Shown: positions 15,335 through 23,919, counted from the stretch's first letter. The stretch is 32,000 bases of DNA from Candidatus Saccharimonadota bacterium (GCA_963718585.1 OY970357.1:60001-92000), one strand, 5' to 3'. Numbers and translations are program-made. The notes: a model not told the origin generated them from the letters alone.

Positions 15335-18300
15335 TTAGTTCTTGGTGATGGTCTTGTAGCCGGTCCAGAGCGTATTGCCCTGTTGGTCCGTGACCTTTGC
15401 GCCGTAGGAGACACTGGTCCGATCCGCGTACGGACCGCCACTGACGGAACAGGTGGTCGCGGCGTAACAGCTCTTGAGGAGCTCGCCGTTGACCAGGAGA
15501 TCGATACGGGCCGTGCCGTCCTGATCATTGGATGTCGCGGTGTACGTGATCGTATCCGATGGGCCGAAGCCATTGTCATGATCCGACGTCACCGAGAGTG
15601 TGCCCGGAAGATCCGTCGGAAATGACGGGTTCGATCCCGTATTCACGATGTTGTACGTCGCCGCATCCGACCAGAAGATGTTGCCATATCCGTCTGTGAT
15701 CTTCGCGTTCACGTAGACGCCGGAATTGGCGCTGTACGCACTGCCGTTGATCGCGGCGGCGCATTCGACATTCCCGTTCGACGTGTAGCCAAGGTCGCAC
15801 GAGTGGATGACGGACCCATTCGCATAGATGTCGATGCGGCGGATGCCGTCTGCATCATATGAGCCCACGTGGAACGTCCGATACGCGTTGGTCGCGATGT
15901 CCGTACCGCTCGGGTCGGTCCAGATCCAGCTGGAACCTGCGGTGTTCTGGTTCGTGTTGGTGTTCGAGGAACCGGATGAGGTGACGGTGTAGGTGCGGCT
16001 TTGGGACCACATCGTGTTGCCGGAGCCGTCTGTGATCTTCGCGTTCACGTAGACGTTCGATCCGACGCTGTAATTGGAACCATAGATCGTCGTACTGCAC
16101 TGGACGTTGCCGTTTGAGCTGTAGCCCAGGTCACACGAGCGCACGACCGTGCCGTTGAGGTACAGGTCGATGCGGCGGATCCCATCCGGATCGTTCGCGC
16201 CGACCGAGAACGTCACGTTGTCGTTCGATGTCACCTGTGTGGAATCCGGCGTGGACCAGATCCAGGACGTGCCGTTCTGATTCGTGTTCGAATTCGTGTT
16301 CGTGTTCTGGTTCGCGTTGGATGTGATGGCGTAGGTCCGTGACGTGGTCCAGGTTTCATTCCCGTACCCGTCTGTGATCTTGGCGTTCACGTAGACGTTC
16401 GATCCATTGCTATAGGAGTTCCCATAGACCGTCGTTCCGCAGGACACCGTGCCGTTCGACGTGTAGCCAAGGTCGCACGTGCGGACGATCGTGCCGTTGA
16501 GGTAGACCTCGATCTTCCGGATGCCATCCGGATCGGTCGCATTCGCGGTGAACGTGACGTTCTGATCCTGCCCGATGGACGAGATGTCCGGACTCGAGGT
16601 GATCCAGGTGTTCGTGTTCGAATTCGTGTTGGTGTTCGTGTTGGTGTTCGAAGACCCGTTCGTCGTGATCGTATACGTTCGGCTCTGGGACCAGGTTACA
16701 TTGCCATTTCCGTCCGTGAACTTGGCGTTCACATAGACGCTTGAGCCGTTGCTATAGGAGTTGCCGTAGATCGTCGTACTGCACGAGACCGTGCCGTTCG
16801 AGGTGTAGCCAAGGTCACAGGAGCGGACGACGGAACCGTTGAGGGTGACATCCACGCGCCGAATGCCATCCGGATCGGTCGCGTTCGCGGTGAACGTGAC
16901 GTTCTGGTTCTGTCCGATCGTGGTCACGTCCGGATTCGAAGAGATCCAGATGTTCGCGTTGCCGTTGTTTCCATTGGTCGACCCGTTGTCCTGTACTGTG
17001 ATGTATTTGGTGTCGCTCCAAGCGGTCAGGCCGTTGACATCCGTCGCCTTAGCGTTGAGCGAAAGCTGGCTGCCGTTGGAATAGCTCGATCCATAGATCG
17101 TCGCGTCGCATGTCTGCGTGCCGACCGAAGAGCTGAATGAACACGTCCGGACGACGTTGCCGTTCACGTAGACCTGGACGGTCGAGAGACCGCGCGTCGC
17201 CGATGCCTGCACGTGATAGGTCGCGTTCGCATTGCGAGCAAGGGTCGAACCCGTCGGATCGAGTGTGCCCCAGGTCGAGATGTCGGCGTTATTGGACGAA
17301 TTGTCCGTGTCCGTCACATTGATCGTTTGGAGCGTGGTCCAGCCGACTTGGCCGGAGCCATCCGTGATCTTCGCATTGATCGCGACGTTCGTGTTGAGGT
17401 TGTATGAATTGCCGTAGATCGTGGCCGAACACTGCTGGTTGCCGGTCGCATTGCCGAAGCTGCACGTCCGGACGACCGTGCCGTTCGCATAGATCACGAT
17501 CTCCGAGAGGCCGTTCGTGTCATATGCGCCGACGTTGTAGGTCATGGATTGATCACGGCGGATCCAGGTTTGATTCGGATCGGTCCAGGTCCAGTAGGAC
17601 GTGCCGTTCTCCGCCGTCAGGTTCGTGGTATTCGTATTCGTGTTCGAGGTCGTACCGGATCGGTTGACCGTCAGTGTCTCCTGGGAGGTCTGTGTGGTGT
17701 TACCACTCCGATCCTGCGCATAGGCGAAGACCGGGACAGCGCGTGTGGAGAGGCCGTTGGTGAAATACGTGGTCGAATACTCACACGTGTCGGTGTAACA
17801 CGTTTTGACGCGGGCCGTGTTCACGTACAGATCGATGTGATCGATCCCGTTCGGATCCGACGCTGTGACGTGATAGTTGAACGTGCCGCCGTTGCCGACG
17901 GTATAGCTCGACGGGTCGCCGGACGTGGTGATCGTCGGGCCGAAGGTCGAGGTGTACGTCCGTCCGCCGCCGAGGTTCCCCGTGGCGGTGTTGGTGTTCG
18001 TGTTGGTGTTGTTCACGGCGTACGACTCCTGCGCCTTCGCGAGTTTGAGCGTGAGCGGAGACGACGGATTCGGATCTCCGGCCGTCGAGACCGCACCGCC
18101 GAGCAGGAACGTGCCGGAGTTGTTCCCCGCGATCGTATCGAAGTAATCGTTGGTCTGGCCGAGGGATTCGAAATTCGTCCCATCGAATCGCACGAGGTTT
18201 TTTCCGCGAACGATCATCCAGGACGTTCCGTCATACGCAAACAGTGCGCCGTTGAAGAATTGGGAGCCTGGGAACGCATTCGCCGCGGAATTCGTGACGT

Positions 18301-19156
18301 CGCGTACGCTCGATCCGTCGTAGACGGAAACATGCGTCTCCGGGAGACCCATCACGAACTCGACGCCTGCGTAGATCACCGCGCTTCCATTGGAAGTGAG
18401 GATCTGGATCCCTGACCGGCCAGTGAATTGATTCGTGATGTCGGTGCTGCCGGAATTGTAGGTATACTTCAAGAAACGGACGCCGCCGTTCGGCTGAAGG
18501 TAAGCGATGATCCATGCATTCCCCAATGGCGCTGCCGCAGCGTACAGATAGCCCTGGCCCAAGGGTGGCGTGTCATGGGACATCGTATATCCCATCGGTT
18601 GCTCGATCCGGACCTGGCTCGGGGAGACGACCGTCAAGAACGAGCCCGTGGTCGTTCCGACGAGAACCCGTCCTTTTGAGGTCACGATGGCCCATTGACC
18701 GTTCTTTCCATGCACGGAAACAAGACCTTCGTCAGACTGAAGCTGACTGCGTACCTGTGACGTCAGGTTCGTGAACGAACCGTTGTAGGCCACGATCTGA
18801 ATGGAGTTGTTCCGCGGTGCGACGTTCTGCAAAAAGAGGACGGTCTGGCCGTCGGAGACGATGTCATCCACGCGCGACAAGCCCGCCGAGCGGACCTGGG
18901 ACGTGATGTCATCCATGACGGATCCTTCGGTCTTCCAGACGTGGCCACCGGACCAGAGGTCCTGGCCGTCTGTGAAGTACCAATATGGCGAGGCATAGGC
19001 CATGGCCCATACCGGTCGATCCTGACGTTCCGCGATCATGGACGAGACATCAGTCCAGGTCCAATTGCCCTGCGCAAGGGCCGGCGCGGTGGCCGTAAAG
19101 ATCGCCGTCCCCGTGATGAGGGCCGTGACCAGAGTGCGCATGAGTGAGTTTTTCAT
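15335..19156 (-). CDS. Large secreted repeat protein (1273 aa): signal peptide, about 350-aa N-terminal domain of unknown fold, then eight Ig-like modules joined by Asn/Thr linkers
   Basis: ATG 19156 gives MKNSLMRTLVTALITGTAIFTATAPALA/QG, with a signal-peptidase AxA site. The track TTG 19201 adds 15 codons. Modules share D(P/A)DGIRRIDxYxNGxVVRxCDLGYxSNGxVxCxxxIYGxxYSxGSxVYVNAKITDGxGN, which resembles bacterial Ig-like (Big-type) domains of the DxDGxIxxVxFYxNG kind. No LPXTG or other anchor motif was seen at the C-terminus. Confidence 0.85.
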   Translation of the reverse strand: MKNSLMRTLVTALITGTAIFTATAPALAQGNWTWTDVSSMIAERQDRPVWAMAYASPYWYFTDGQDLWSGGHVWKTEGSVMDDITSQVRSAGLSRVDDIVSDGQTVLFLQNVAPRNNSIQIVAYNGSFTNLTSQVRSQLQSDEGLVSVHGKNGQWAIVTSKGRVLVGTTTGSFLTVVSPSQVRIEQPMGYTMSHDTPPLGQGYLYAAAAPLGNAWIIAYLQPNGGVRFLKYTYNSGSTDITNQFTGRSGIQILTSNGSAVIYAGVEFVMGLPETHVSVYDGSSVRDVTNSAANAFPGSQFFNGALFAYDGTSWMIVRGKNLVRFDGTNFESLGQTNDYFDTIAGNNSGTFLLGGAVSTAGDPNPSSPLTLKLAKAQESYAVNNTNTNTNTATGNLGGGRTYTSTFGPTITTSGDPSSYTVGNGGTFNYHVTASDPNGIDHIDLYVNTARVKTCYTDTCEYSTTYFTNGLSTRAVPVFAYAQDRSGNTTQTSQETLTVNRSGTTSNTNTNTTNLTAENGTSYWTWTDPNQTWIRRDQSMTYNVGAYDTNGLSEIVIYANGTVVRTCSFGNATGNQQCSATIYGNSYNLNTNVAINAKITDGSGQVGWTTLQTINVTDTDNSSNNADISTWGTLDPTGSTLARNANATYHVQASATRGLSTVQVYVNGNVVRTCSFSSSVGTQTCDATIYGSSYSNGSQLSLNAKATDVNGLTAWSDTKYITVQDNGSTNGNNGNANIWISSNPDVTTIGQNQNVTFTANATDPDGIRRVDVTLNGSVVRSCDLGYTSNGTVSCSTTIYGNSYSNGSSVYVNAKFTDGNGNVTWSQSRTYTITTNGSSNTNTNTNTNSNTNTWITSSPDISSIGQDQNVTFTANATDPDGIRKIEVYLNGTIVRTCDLGYTSNGTVSCGTTVYGNSYSNGSNVYVNAKITDGYGNETWTTSRTYAITSNANQNTNTNSNTNQNGTSWIWSTPDSTQVTSNDNVTFSVGANDPDGIRRIDLYLNGTVVRSCDLGYSSNGNVQCSTTIYGSNYSVGSNVYVNAKITDGSGNTMWSQSRTYTVTSSGSSNTNTNQNTAGSSWIWTDPSGTDIATNAYRTFHVGSYDADGIRRIDIYANGSVIHSCDLGYTSNGNVECAAAINGSAYSANSGVYVNAKITDGYGNIFWSDAATYNIVNTGSNPSFPTDLPGTLSVTSDHDNGFGPSDTITYTATSNDQDGTARIDLLVNGELLKSCYAATTCSVSGGPYADRTSVSYGAKVTDQQGNTLWTGYKTITKN
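15338..17970 (-). repeat. Tandem coding repeats, eight modules, DNA period about 320-345 bp
   Basis: The landmark gttcac(g/a)tagacg recurs at 15707, 16043, 16385 and 16727. The string atgccatccggatcggtcgc(a/g)ttcgcggtgaacgtgacgttctg occurs at 16521-16564 and 16863-16906. Confidence 0.9.
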
Positions 19157-19229
19157 AGAATATTTCGCTATGTTAAGCGATGAATGATGTTTAGGATTCA
19201 AATGAATATTTATCTGCTACGAACATCGT

Positions 19230-19258
19230 AAAATAGCAGAAAATGGCGTTTTTGTCAA
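19230..19258 (-). promoter_or_regulatory. Sigma70-type promoter of the large secreted-protein gene
   Basis: Minus strand: TTGACA (19258-19253), 17 nt spacer, TATTTT (19235-19230). It is followed by an AT-rich leader of about 65-70 nt without a Shine-Dalgarno. The leader carries two copies of AAATATTC (plus gaatattt 19158-19165 and 19204-19211). Confidence 0.6.
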
Positions 19259-19315
19259 TGCCAAAAGGGACGTGTCGATCCTCTCTCGCAAGCCTCTCCC
19301 CAAACTGGTTTTTCG

Positions 19316-20338
19316 TCAATCTTGAGCCTTTTCGAAGGATCCTCGAAGCTGGGTAGCTGCTCGGATCCAGGTGTCTGGATCGGTCTGGATCGGTATACGT
19401 GTGTGTGCGAGTGCGAGTTTCAACGCCTCGACCCAGTGATGCGGTTTCGCCGGGTTCGCAAAGAGCGTGCCGGCCGGCGCGGTCTCGGGAAGGGCCCCGG
19501 CGGTCGAGGCGACACAGGGGGTGCCATATGCCGCGGCTTCGTGGAGCGGGAGACCATATCCTTCATACCAAGAGGGATACAGGAAGGCGGCGGCATTCGC
19601 ATACAGCGCGGCGAGTTCATCGTCTGATGGTTTATCGGTCGGAATGACGAGCGCGACATCCGCGTACTGAGGGTCTTTGCGCAGTTGGTCAACAGCGACC
19701 TTTGCCGTCGCTACATTTTTTCGCGGGCCGTTCCCGCCCAAGGCGAGGATAAACCGTTGGGGTGTCGGGATGTGGGCGCGTGGCACTGCAGAGAGCGTCT
19801 GACCGATCGGGATCACGGAGACGCGATCGGCCGGTATGCCGAGGAGGCGGATCGTATCGCGTTTCGTCGTTTCACTGACAGCAAGGAGGTGTGTCGACTT
19901 CCGAATGAGCTGGCGTGCATTGACCACGTGGTGCCACAGTCGTTGTTTGCGTGTGAACCAGCGCGGTTCGATCAAAAAGGACAGATCATGCAGGAGAAGG
20001 ACCGAGTTTCGGGTTCCGCGCCGTCCGATGAATCCGATGTTCGGAAAAAAGACGGCATCAAAGACACCACACGTCCGTTCTATGGCACGGACAAACGAGT
20101 CGCCGGTGAGGCATCGTGCGCTCCAGACCTTGTTCGGGACGTTGAGGTGCACGTGTCGGATGTTCGGAAGGATGGCAAGCGCACCCGGGAGTACTGGTCG
20201 GGACGCGCCGGTCGTCGCGCAGGTCAGTTCATCGTCCGGAAATGCGGTCGCATAGGCCTGAACGAGCTCACGCGCCACGCGACCCACGCCGCCGCTGGAC
20301 GGATCGGTAAGGGGACGCGCATCGATCAGGATCTTCAT
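19316..20338 (-). CDS. Glycosyltransferase family 4 (340 aa)
   Basis: MKILIDARPLTDPSSGGVGRVAREL N-terminus and an EX7E region in PSWYEGYGLPLHEAAAYGTPCVAS. ATG 20338 overlaps the stop of the upstream GT4 gene (ATGA 20335-20338). The track extension to 20482 lies inside that gene. Confidence 0.85.
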   Translation of the reverse strand: MKILIDARPLTDPSSGGVGRVARELVQAYATAFPDDELTCATTGASRPVLPGALAILPNIRHVHLNVPNKVWSARCLTGDSFVRAIERTCGVFDAVFFPNIGFIGRRGTRNSVLLLHDLSFLIEPRWFTRKQRLWHHVVNARQLIRKSTHLLAVSETTKRDTIRLLGIPADRVSVIPIGQTLSAVPRAHIPTPQRFILALGGNGPRKNVATAKVAVDQLRKDPQYADVALVIPTDKPSDDELAALYANAAAFLYPSWYEGYGLPLHEAAAYGTPCVASTAGALPETAPAGTLFANPAKPHHWVEALKLALAHTRIPIQTDPDTWIRAATQLRGSFEKAQD

Positions 20339-21480
20339 GGTCGCTGGATGACGCGGTCCAAAAATGTGCGCAAGTCGGTTTGAAAACGTTGGCGTGAGAA
20401 CCGTTCCGCCTGGCTCCGAATGCGCTGCGGGTCGTATCGGGAAGGGTCGAAGCGCAAGACCGCATCGCGGAGATCCTCCCATCGTTCGACGTTGATATGG
20501 ATGCCGGAGATGTTCGGATCCACGGTCTCGGCACCGCCGCCCTTCCGACAGGTGATGATCGGTTTCCCAGCGCTCATCGCCTCGACGGACGTGATCCCAA
20601 AGTCCTCGATCTGCGGAGCAAGATAGCCGATCGCGCCTTGATAGAGCTGGACCTTCTCGCCCTCTGGGACGTATCCGAGGAATTCGATGTTCTTTTGCGC
20701 GAGTCGACGGAGTTTTCGCTCTTCCGGTCCCGTTCCGAAGATCTTGAGCGGAAGATTGAGGTCATTGAATGCGCGGATGATCAGTTCGAACCGTTTGTAT
20801 CGGACCAGGCGGCCGCCGGCGAGCCAGTACGATCCGCGGTCGTCAGACACCCGGATCTTATCTGTATCCACGGGCGGGGGAATGACGGAAGCTTCGCGGC
20901 GATAACAACGCATGATGCGTTCGCGGCTGGTTTGGCTGTTCGTCATCATGTAATCGGGACGTCCCGCGGCGAGTTGGTCCCACAGGCGTAATTCGTGGAA
21001 CCAGAATGGAGCGAAGAATCGAAAGATGCGCGCGTACGGCAGATCGCTCAAATAGCCGAACCGTTCCTGCCAGAGGAAACGCGTCGGCGTGTGGCAGTAG
21101 CAGACATGGACCGCATCCGCGGGCGCGATGACGCCTTTCGCGAAGAGGCTCGTCGTCGAGATCACAAGATCGTAGCCGTTGAGGTCCAGAGATTCGACAG
21201 CCGTGGGCATGAGCGGCGTGTACCACTGGTATTTGCGGCGTGAGAGTGGCCAGTGTTGGAGGAAGGAAGAGACCATCTTCCGTCCCTTGGCCTGCGCGTG
21301 ATCGCCGCGATAGAGGAGGACGAACGTCGGCGCGTCAGGGAACATCTCCTGCAGGGCGCCGAGAACGCGTTCCGCGCCACCGTCCTGGACGAGGTAGTCG
21401 TGGACCAGCGCGACTTTGAGCGAGCCAAGCTCGCGTCGTCCGCTCGCGTGCTCCGACTGCGTCAGCTGACGTTCCTCCAT
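20335..21480 (-). CDS. Glycosyltransferase family 4 (381 aa)
   Basis: LKVALVHDYLVQDGGAERVL N-terminal GT4 motif and an EX7E region in PQIEDFGITSVEAMSAGKPIITC. Confidence 0.85.
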   Translation of the reverse strand: MEERQLTQSEHASGRRELGSLKVALVHDYLVQDGGAERVLGALQEMFPDAPTFVLLYRGDHAQAKGRKMVSSFLQHWPLSRRKYQWYTPLMPTAVESLDLNGYDLVISTTSLFAKGVIAPADAVHVCYCHTPTRFLWQERFGYLSDLPYARIFRFFAPFWFHELRLWDQLAAGRPDYMMTNSQTSRERIMRCYRREASVIPPPVDTDKIRVSDDRGSYWLAGGRLVRYKRFELIIRAFNDLNLPLKIFGTGPEERKLRRLAQKNIEFLGYVPEGEKVQLYQGAIGYLAPQIEDFGITSVEAMSAGKPIITCRKGGGAETVDPNISGIHINVERWEDLRDAVLRFDPSRYDPQRIRSQAERFSRQRFQTDLRTFLDRVIQRP

Positions 21481-21489
21481 ATCCCGCCC

Positions 21490-21518
21490 ATCTTACGCAG
21501 AGCGCACGCGTCTGTCGG
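21490..21518 (-). promoter_or_regulatory. Candidate promoter of the GT4 operon
   Basis: Minus strand: CCGACA (21518-21513), 17 nt spacer, TAAGAT (21495-21490), then 9 nt to ATG 21480. The -35 match is weak. Confidence 0.3.
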
Positions 21519-21522
21519 GAGG

Positions 21523-21541
21523 TTTGTCAACCGTTGACAAA
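21523..21541. promoter_or_regulatory. Perfect inverted repeat TTTGTCAA-ccg-TTGACAAA in a divergent promoter region
   Basis: The 8-bp arms were read directly. The right arm is the -35 box of the 21594 gene promoter. A role as an operator is inference. Confidence 0.5.
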
Positions 21542-21562
21542 TACCTCGATCTTGCCTATCTT
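21534..21562 (+). promoter_or_regulatory. Sigma70-type promoter of the small ORF 21594..21899
   Basis: TTGACA (21534-21539), 17 nt spacer, TATCTT (21557-21562). Confidence 0.55.
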
Positions 21563-21593
21563 CGTTCAGTCCCTTTTTCAAGAGGAGGTAGCA

Positions 21594-21899
21594 GTGTCCA
21601 CACAACGAGGTCTTCTCAAGGGCCCGAAGGGGTCCAATCATCATACGTCCGTCATTGATGACGCCATCGTCATCATCGAAACCGCGAAGATCACCCCGGA
21701 GGTGACAAAGGTCCGCCCCGCGTTGATCTCCGGGAAGGGGAGTCGGAAGCGGCGGCTCAAGTTCTTTCCACTCGATGCGGGTTTGAAGGTCGTCGTGTAT
21801 GGCACCAACTGCCAGCAGGACGTGTACGTCTACACGCCATCACCCGAGATCGTGGAGCGAAAGCTCTGTGACGCGTGGACCAAGAGATTCGGCGACTAG
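21594..21899 (+). CDS. Hypothetical small protein (101 aa) with a basic patch GKGSRKRRLKF
   Basis: GAGGAGG Shine-Dalgarno at 21582-21588, 5 nt before GTG 21594. A promoter lies at 21534-21562 and a terminator at 21918-21948. The track TTG 21534 is the -35 box itself. Confidence 0.55.
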   Translation: MSTQRGLLKGPKGSNHHTSVIDDAIVIIETAKITPEVTKVRPALISGKGSRKRRLKFFPLDAGLKVVVYGTNCQQDVYVYTPSPEIVERKLCDAWTKRFGD

Positions 21900-21917
21900 G
21901 TCGCTGAGGTGAACGTT

Positions 21918-21948
21918 TCGCGGCTGTCTCATGCAGCCGCTTTTTTTA
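21918..21948 (+). terminator. Intrinsic terminator after the small ORF 21594..21899
   Basis: Stem gcggctg (21920-21926) with cagccgc (21934-21940), then TTTTTTT. Confidence 0.75.
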
Positions 21949-23376
21949 ATATGCGCCTTTGCGGTAGAGGACGGTGAACGGCGTCTTCAGGAGGATGTAG
22001 AGATCGAGGGCGAGTGACCAATTTTCGATGTACCAGGCGTCGAGGCCGGCCTCTTCCTCAAACGTGAGATCACTGCGCCCGGAGATCTGCGCGAGACCGG
22101 TGATGCCGGGACGGATCGCGAAGACGCGGCGGTGGTGAGGGAGGTACTGATCGACCTCGCGCGGCTGATGCGGTCGCGGTCCGACAAGGGACATATCGCC
22201 TTTGAGCACGTTCCAGAATTGCGGGAGTTCATCGATGGACCACCGGCGTAGGACTCGTCCGACGGTCGTCACGCGTGGATCTTCCGCGATCTTGTAGACC
22301 GGCCCCTGTTTGATGCTCTTTTCCTTGATGAGTTTCTTTTCGAACTCGAGGTTCTCCTTGGACGTGCCGAATTGGGGACCGATGGAGTATTTCCGCCACA
22401 TGGTGCGGAGTTTGTAGAGTTTGAAGACGCGACCGCGCTCGCCGACCCGTTCATTCTGGAAGATCACGGGGACCCCGTCCTCGATGAGAAGGAACAGGAT
22501 CGCGAGCAAGGTGAGCGGGCTGGTCAGGAGGAGGAGCAAGATCGCCCAGATGATGTCGAACGCGCGTTTGGCGATACGACCCCAGCCGTCCAGTGGGGTG
22601 CGACGGACCTCGATCACGGGTACGCCGGTATCCGTGGAGACCCAGACGTTCGTGAAGGTCGCGGCGAAGAGGTCCGCAAGATAGGTGAATGTGAGATTCG
22701 ATTCTTCGGCGAGTGCGATGAGTTCGAGGGCTTTTTCTTTTTCCAGATGGGGATCCGCGAGGAGGATCCCATCGAGGCGATCGTTATCGGCGAGCTTCTT
22801 GATCGTCTGACGCGTCTCGGTATTCCATGCGTTGCAATGTCGGACAACGGTCACGCCGAGGATCGGTTGTTCCTGATACGTTCGGACGATCCGGTCTGCC
22901 GCTTCGCCGGAACCGACGACGACATAGAGGCGATGGCCGATATGCGCACGGAGCAAAGAGTGGCGCATGACGCGGAGAAAGAGCCGGAAGATCCAGACAT
23001 AGAGGATGGAGAATCCGAGGACCGCCAAGACGATGAAGCGCGAGGTCGCGAGCTCCCGTCGGAAGAAGATCGTGGCGATGACGGTCAGGGTCCCGGCGCC
23101 GCACGCGATGATGATGCGGCCGAGTTCGTTCCACGCACGCCTTGGACGGGTCCGATACAGGCCCGTGAGTGCGAAAAAGGCGATGAAGACAGCGATGTAG
23201 ATCGAAGTGGTCGTGAGGTATTCCCCGAACGGGACGTTCTGTAGGATCGGTAGGACGTCGGTCACGTAGGCGCTGAAGCGAAGGGAATAGGCCGAGACCG
23301 CGGCAGCGTACAGCGCCAAAATATCCAGCGGGAGCTGGAGGGCGGTAAAGGTGAGGTCAAGCCGTCGAACGCGCAT
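21946..23376 (-). CDS. Polyprenyl-phosphate sugar-phosphate transferase (WbaP-like initiating enzyme, bacterial sugar transferase family)
   Basis: Four to five N-terminal TM helices and a central nucleotide-binding-like region. The C-terminal domain contains [16 protein letters not shown]...[18 protein letters not shown]...LVGPRP...DLYILLKT. Confidence 0.9.
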   Translation of the reverse strand: MRVRRLDLTFTALQLPLDILALYAAAVSAYSLRFSAYVTDVLPILQNVPFGEYLTTTSIYIAVFIAFFALTGLYRTRPRRAWNELGRIIIACGAGTLTVIATIFFRRELATSRFIVLAVLGFSILYVWIFRLFLRVMRHSLLRAHIGHRLYVVVGSGEAADRIVRTYQEQPILGVTVVRHCNAWNTETRQTIKKLADNDRLDGILLADPHLEKEKALELIALAEESNLTFTYLADLFAATFTNVWVSTDTGVPVIEVRRTPLDGWGRIAKRAFDIIWAILLLLLTSPLTLLAILFLLIEDGVPVIFQNERVGERGRVFKLYKLRTMWRKYSIGPQFGTSKENLEFEKKLIKEKSIKQGPVYKIAEDPRVTTVGRVLRRWSIDELPQFWNVLKGDMSLVGPRPHQPREVDQYLPHHRRVFAIRPGITGLAQISGRSDLTFEEEAGLDAWYIENWSLALDLYILLKTPFTVLYRKGAY

Positions 23377-23388
23377 GGAGTCAGCGTC

Positions 23389-23394
23389 AGTATA
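23389..23394 (-). promoter_or_regulatory. Candidate -10 box of the sugar-phosphate transferase gene
   Basis: Minus-strand TATACT, 12 nt before ATG 23376. No good -35 box. Confidence 0.35.
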
Positions 23395-23416
23395 GCGTGG
23401 AATCTCCGAAAAACAG

Positions 23417-23443
23417 AAACGCTCCGCGGGATGCGGAGCGTTT
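23417..23443 (-). terminator. Hairpin terminator immediately 3' of rnpB
   Basis: Stem aacgctccgc (23419-23428) with gcggagcgtt (23433-23442). On the minus strand it is followed by TCTGTTTTT. Confidence 0.65.
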
Positions 23444-23445
23444 GT

Positions 23446-23884
23446 GTACTCGGATCGGCCGGTAAGCCGAATTTTGTCCCCCCGACGAAGTCGGGAGTGA
23501 TGGCCATCTATCTGGGCCTGTCATTGCTGGCAGGCTCGAGCGAGCGACCAGCGCCATGACGTTGCCGCCATGGCTGTTGCTCTTGCACCAGAGAGGGTTT
23601 ACCGCGCACCGATGTCACCACCGGCGGAGAAGCGTAGCAGGTGCCTTGCGGCATCCACACCACTTCACTTTTCACCTTTGTCTGCCTTGCGGCAGATAGA
23701 GTCGTCTCTGTGGCACTTTCCCTGGGTTTACGACAGAACGTCCGCCACGTGAGCTTTCGTTCAGATCGCTATATCCCGGCCGCCGTTAGCGGCTCTCGCG
23801 ACGTGCGGTGTTGCCACCGTACGGGTGTTCGGACTTTCCTCCCGGCCTCGGATGAGACCGGGCAGCCATCTGGCTGACCCGAGC
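23446..23884 (-). ncRNA. rnpB: RNase P RNA, bacterial type A
   Basis: The minus strand contains GGGAGGAAAGUCCGAAC (plus ggactttcctc 23831-23841), AGUGCCACAGAGA, GCGGUAAACCC...GGUGCAAGAGCAA and AGAUAGAUGGCCAUCAC...GGGACAAAAUUCGGCUUACCGG. P1 pairing is GCUCGGGUCAGCC with GGCCGAUCCGAGU. There are two GCAA-tetraloop hairpins (plus 23641-23654 and 23682-23695). A near-consensus promoter lies upstream and a terminator downstream. The ends are estimates, within a few nt. Confidence 0.9.
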
Positions 23885-23890
23885 GTGCGG

Positions 23891-23919
23891 ATCATACCTG
23901 AAAATATGGCTTTTGTCAA
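23891..23919 (-). promoter_or_regulatory. Near-consensus sigma70 promoter of rnpB
   Basis: Minus strand: TTGACA (23919-23914), 17 nt spacer, TATGAT (23896-23891). The predicted +1 at about 23884 coincides with the 5' strand of the P1 helix. Confidence 0.75.

Noticed and set aside
15338-18015. Possibility that the AAC-rich repeats of the large gene are a diversity-generating retroelement target (VR/TR pair)
   Set aside because: Differences between the most similar modules (16385-16600 versus 16727-16940) involve all four bases rather than adenine-specific changes. No reverse transcriptase or separate template repeat is present in the window.
19259-19318. Second TTGACG-type -35-like box (plus tttttcgtcaat 19303-19314, identical to 3527-3538) as an extra promoter for the large gene
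   Set aside because: No acceptable -10 hexamer lies at 16-18 nt in either case. The 12-nt identity may be chance or a shared -35/A-tract preference.
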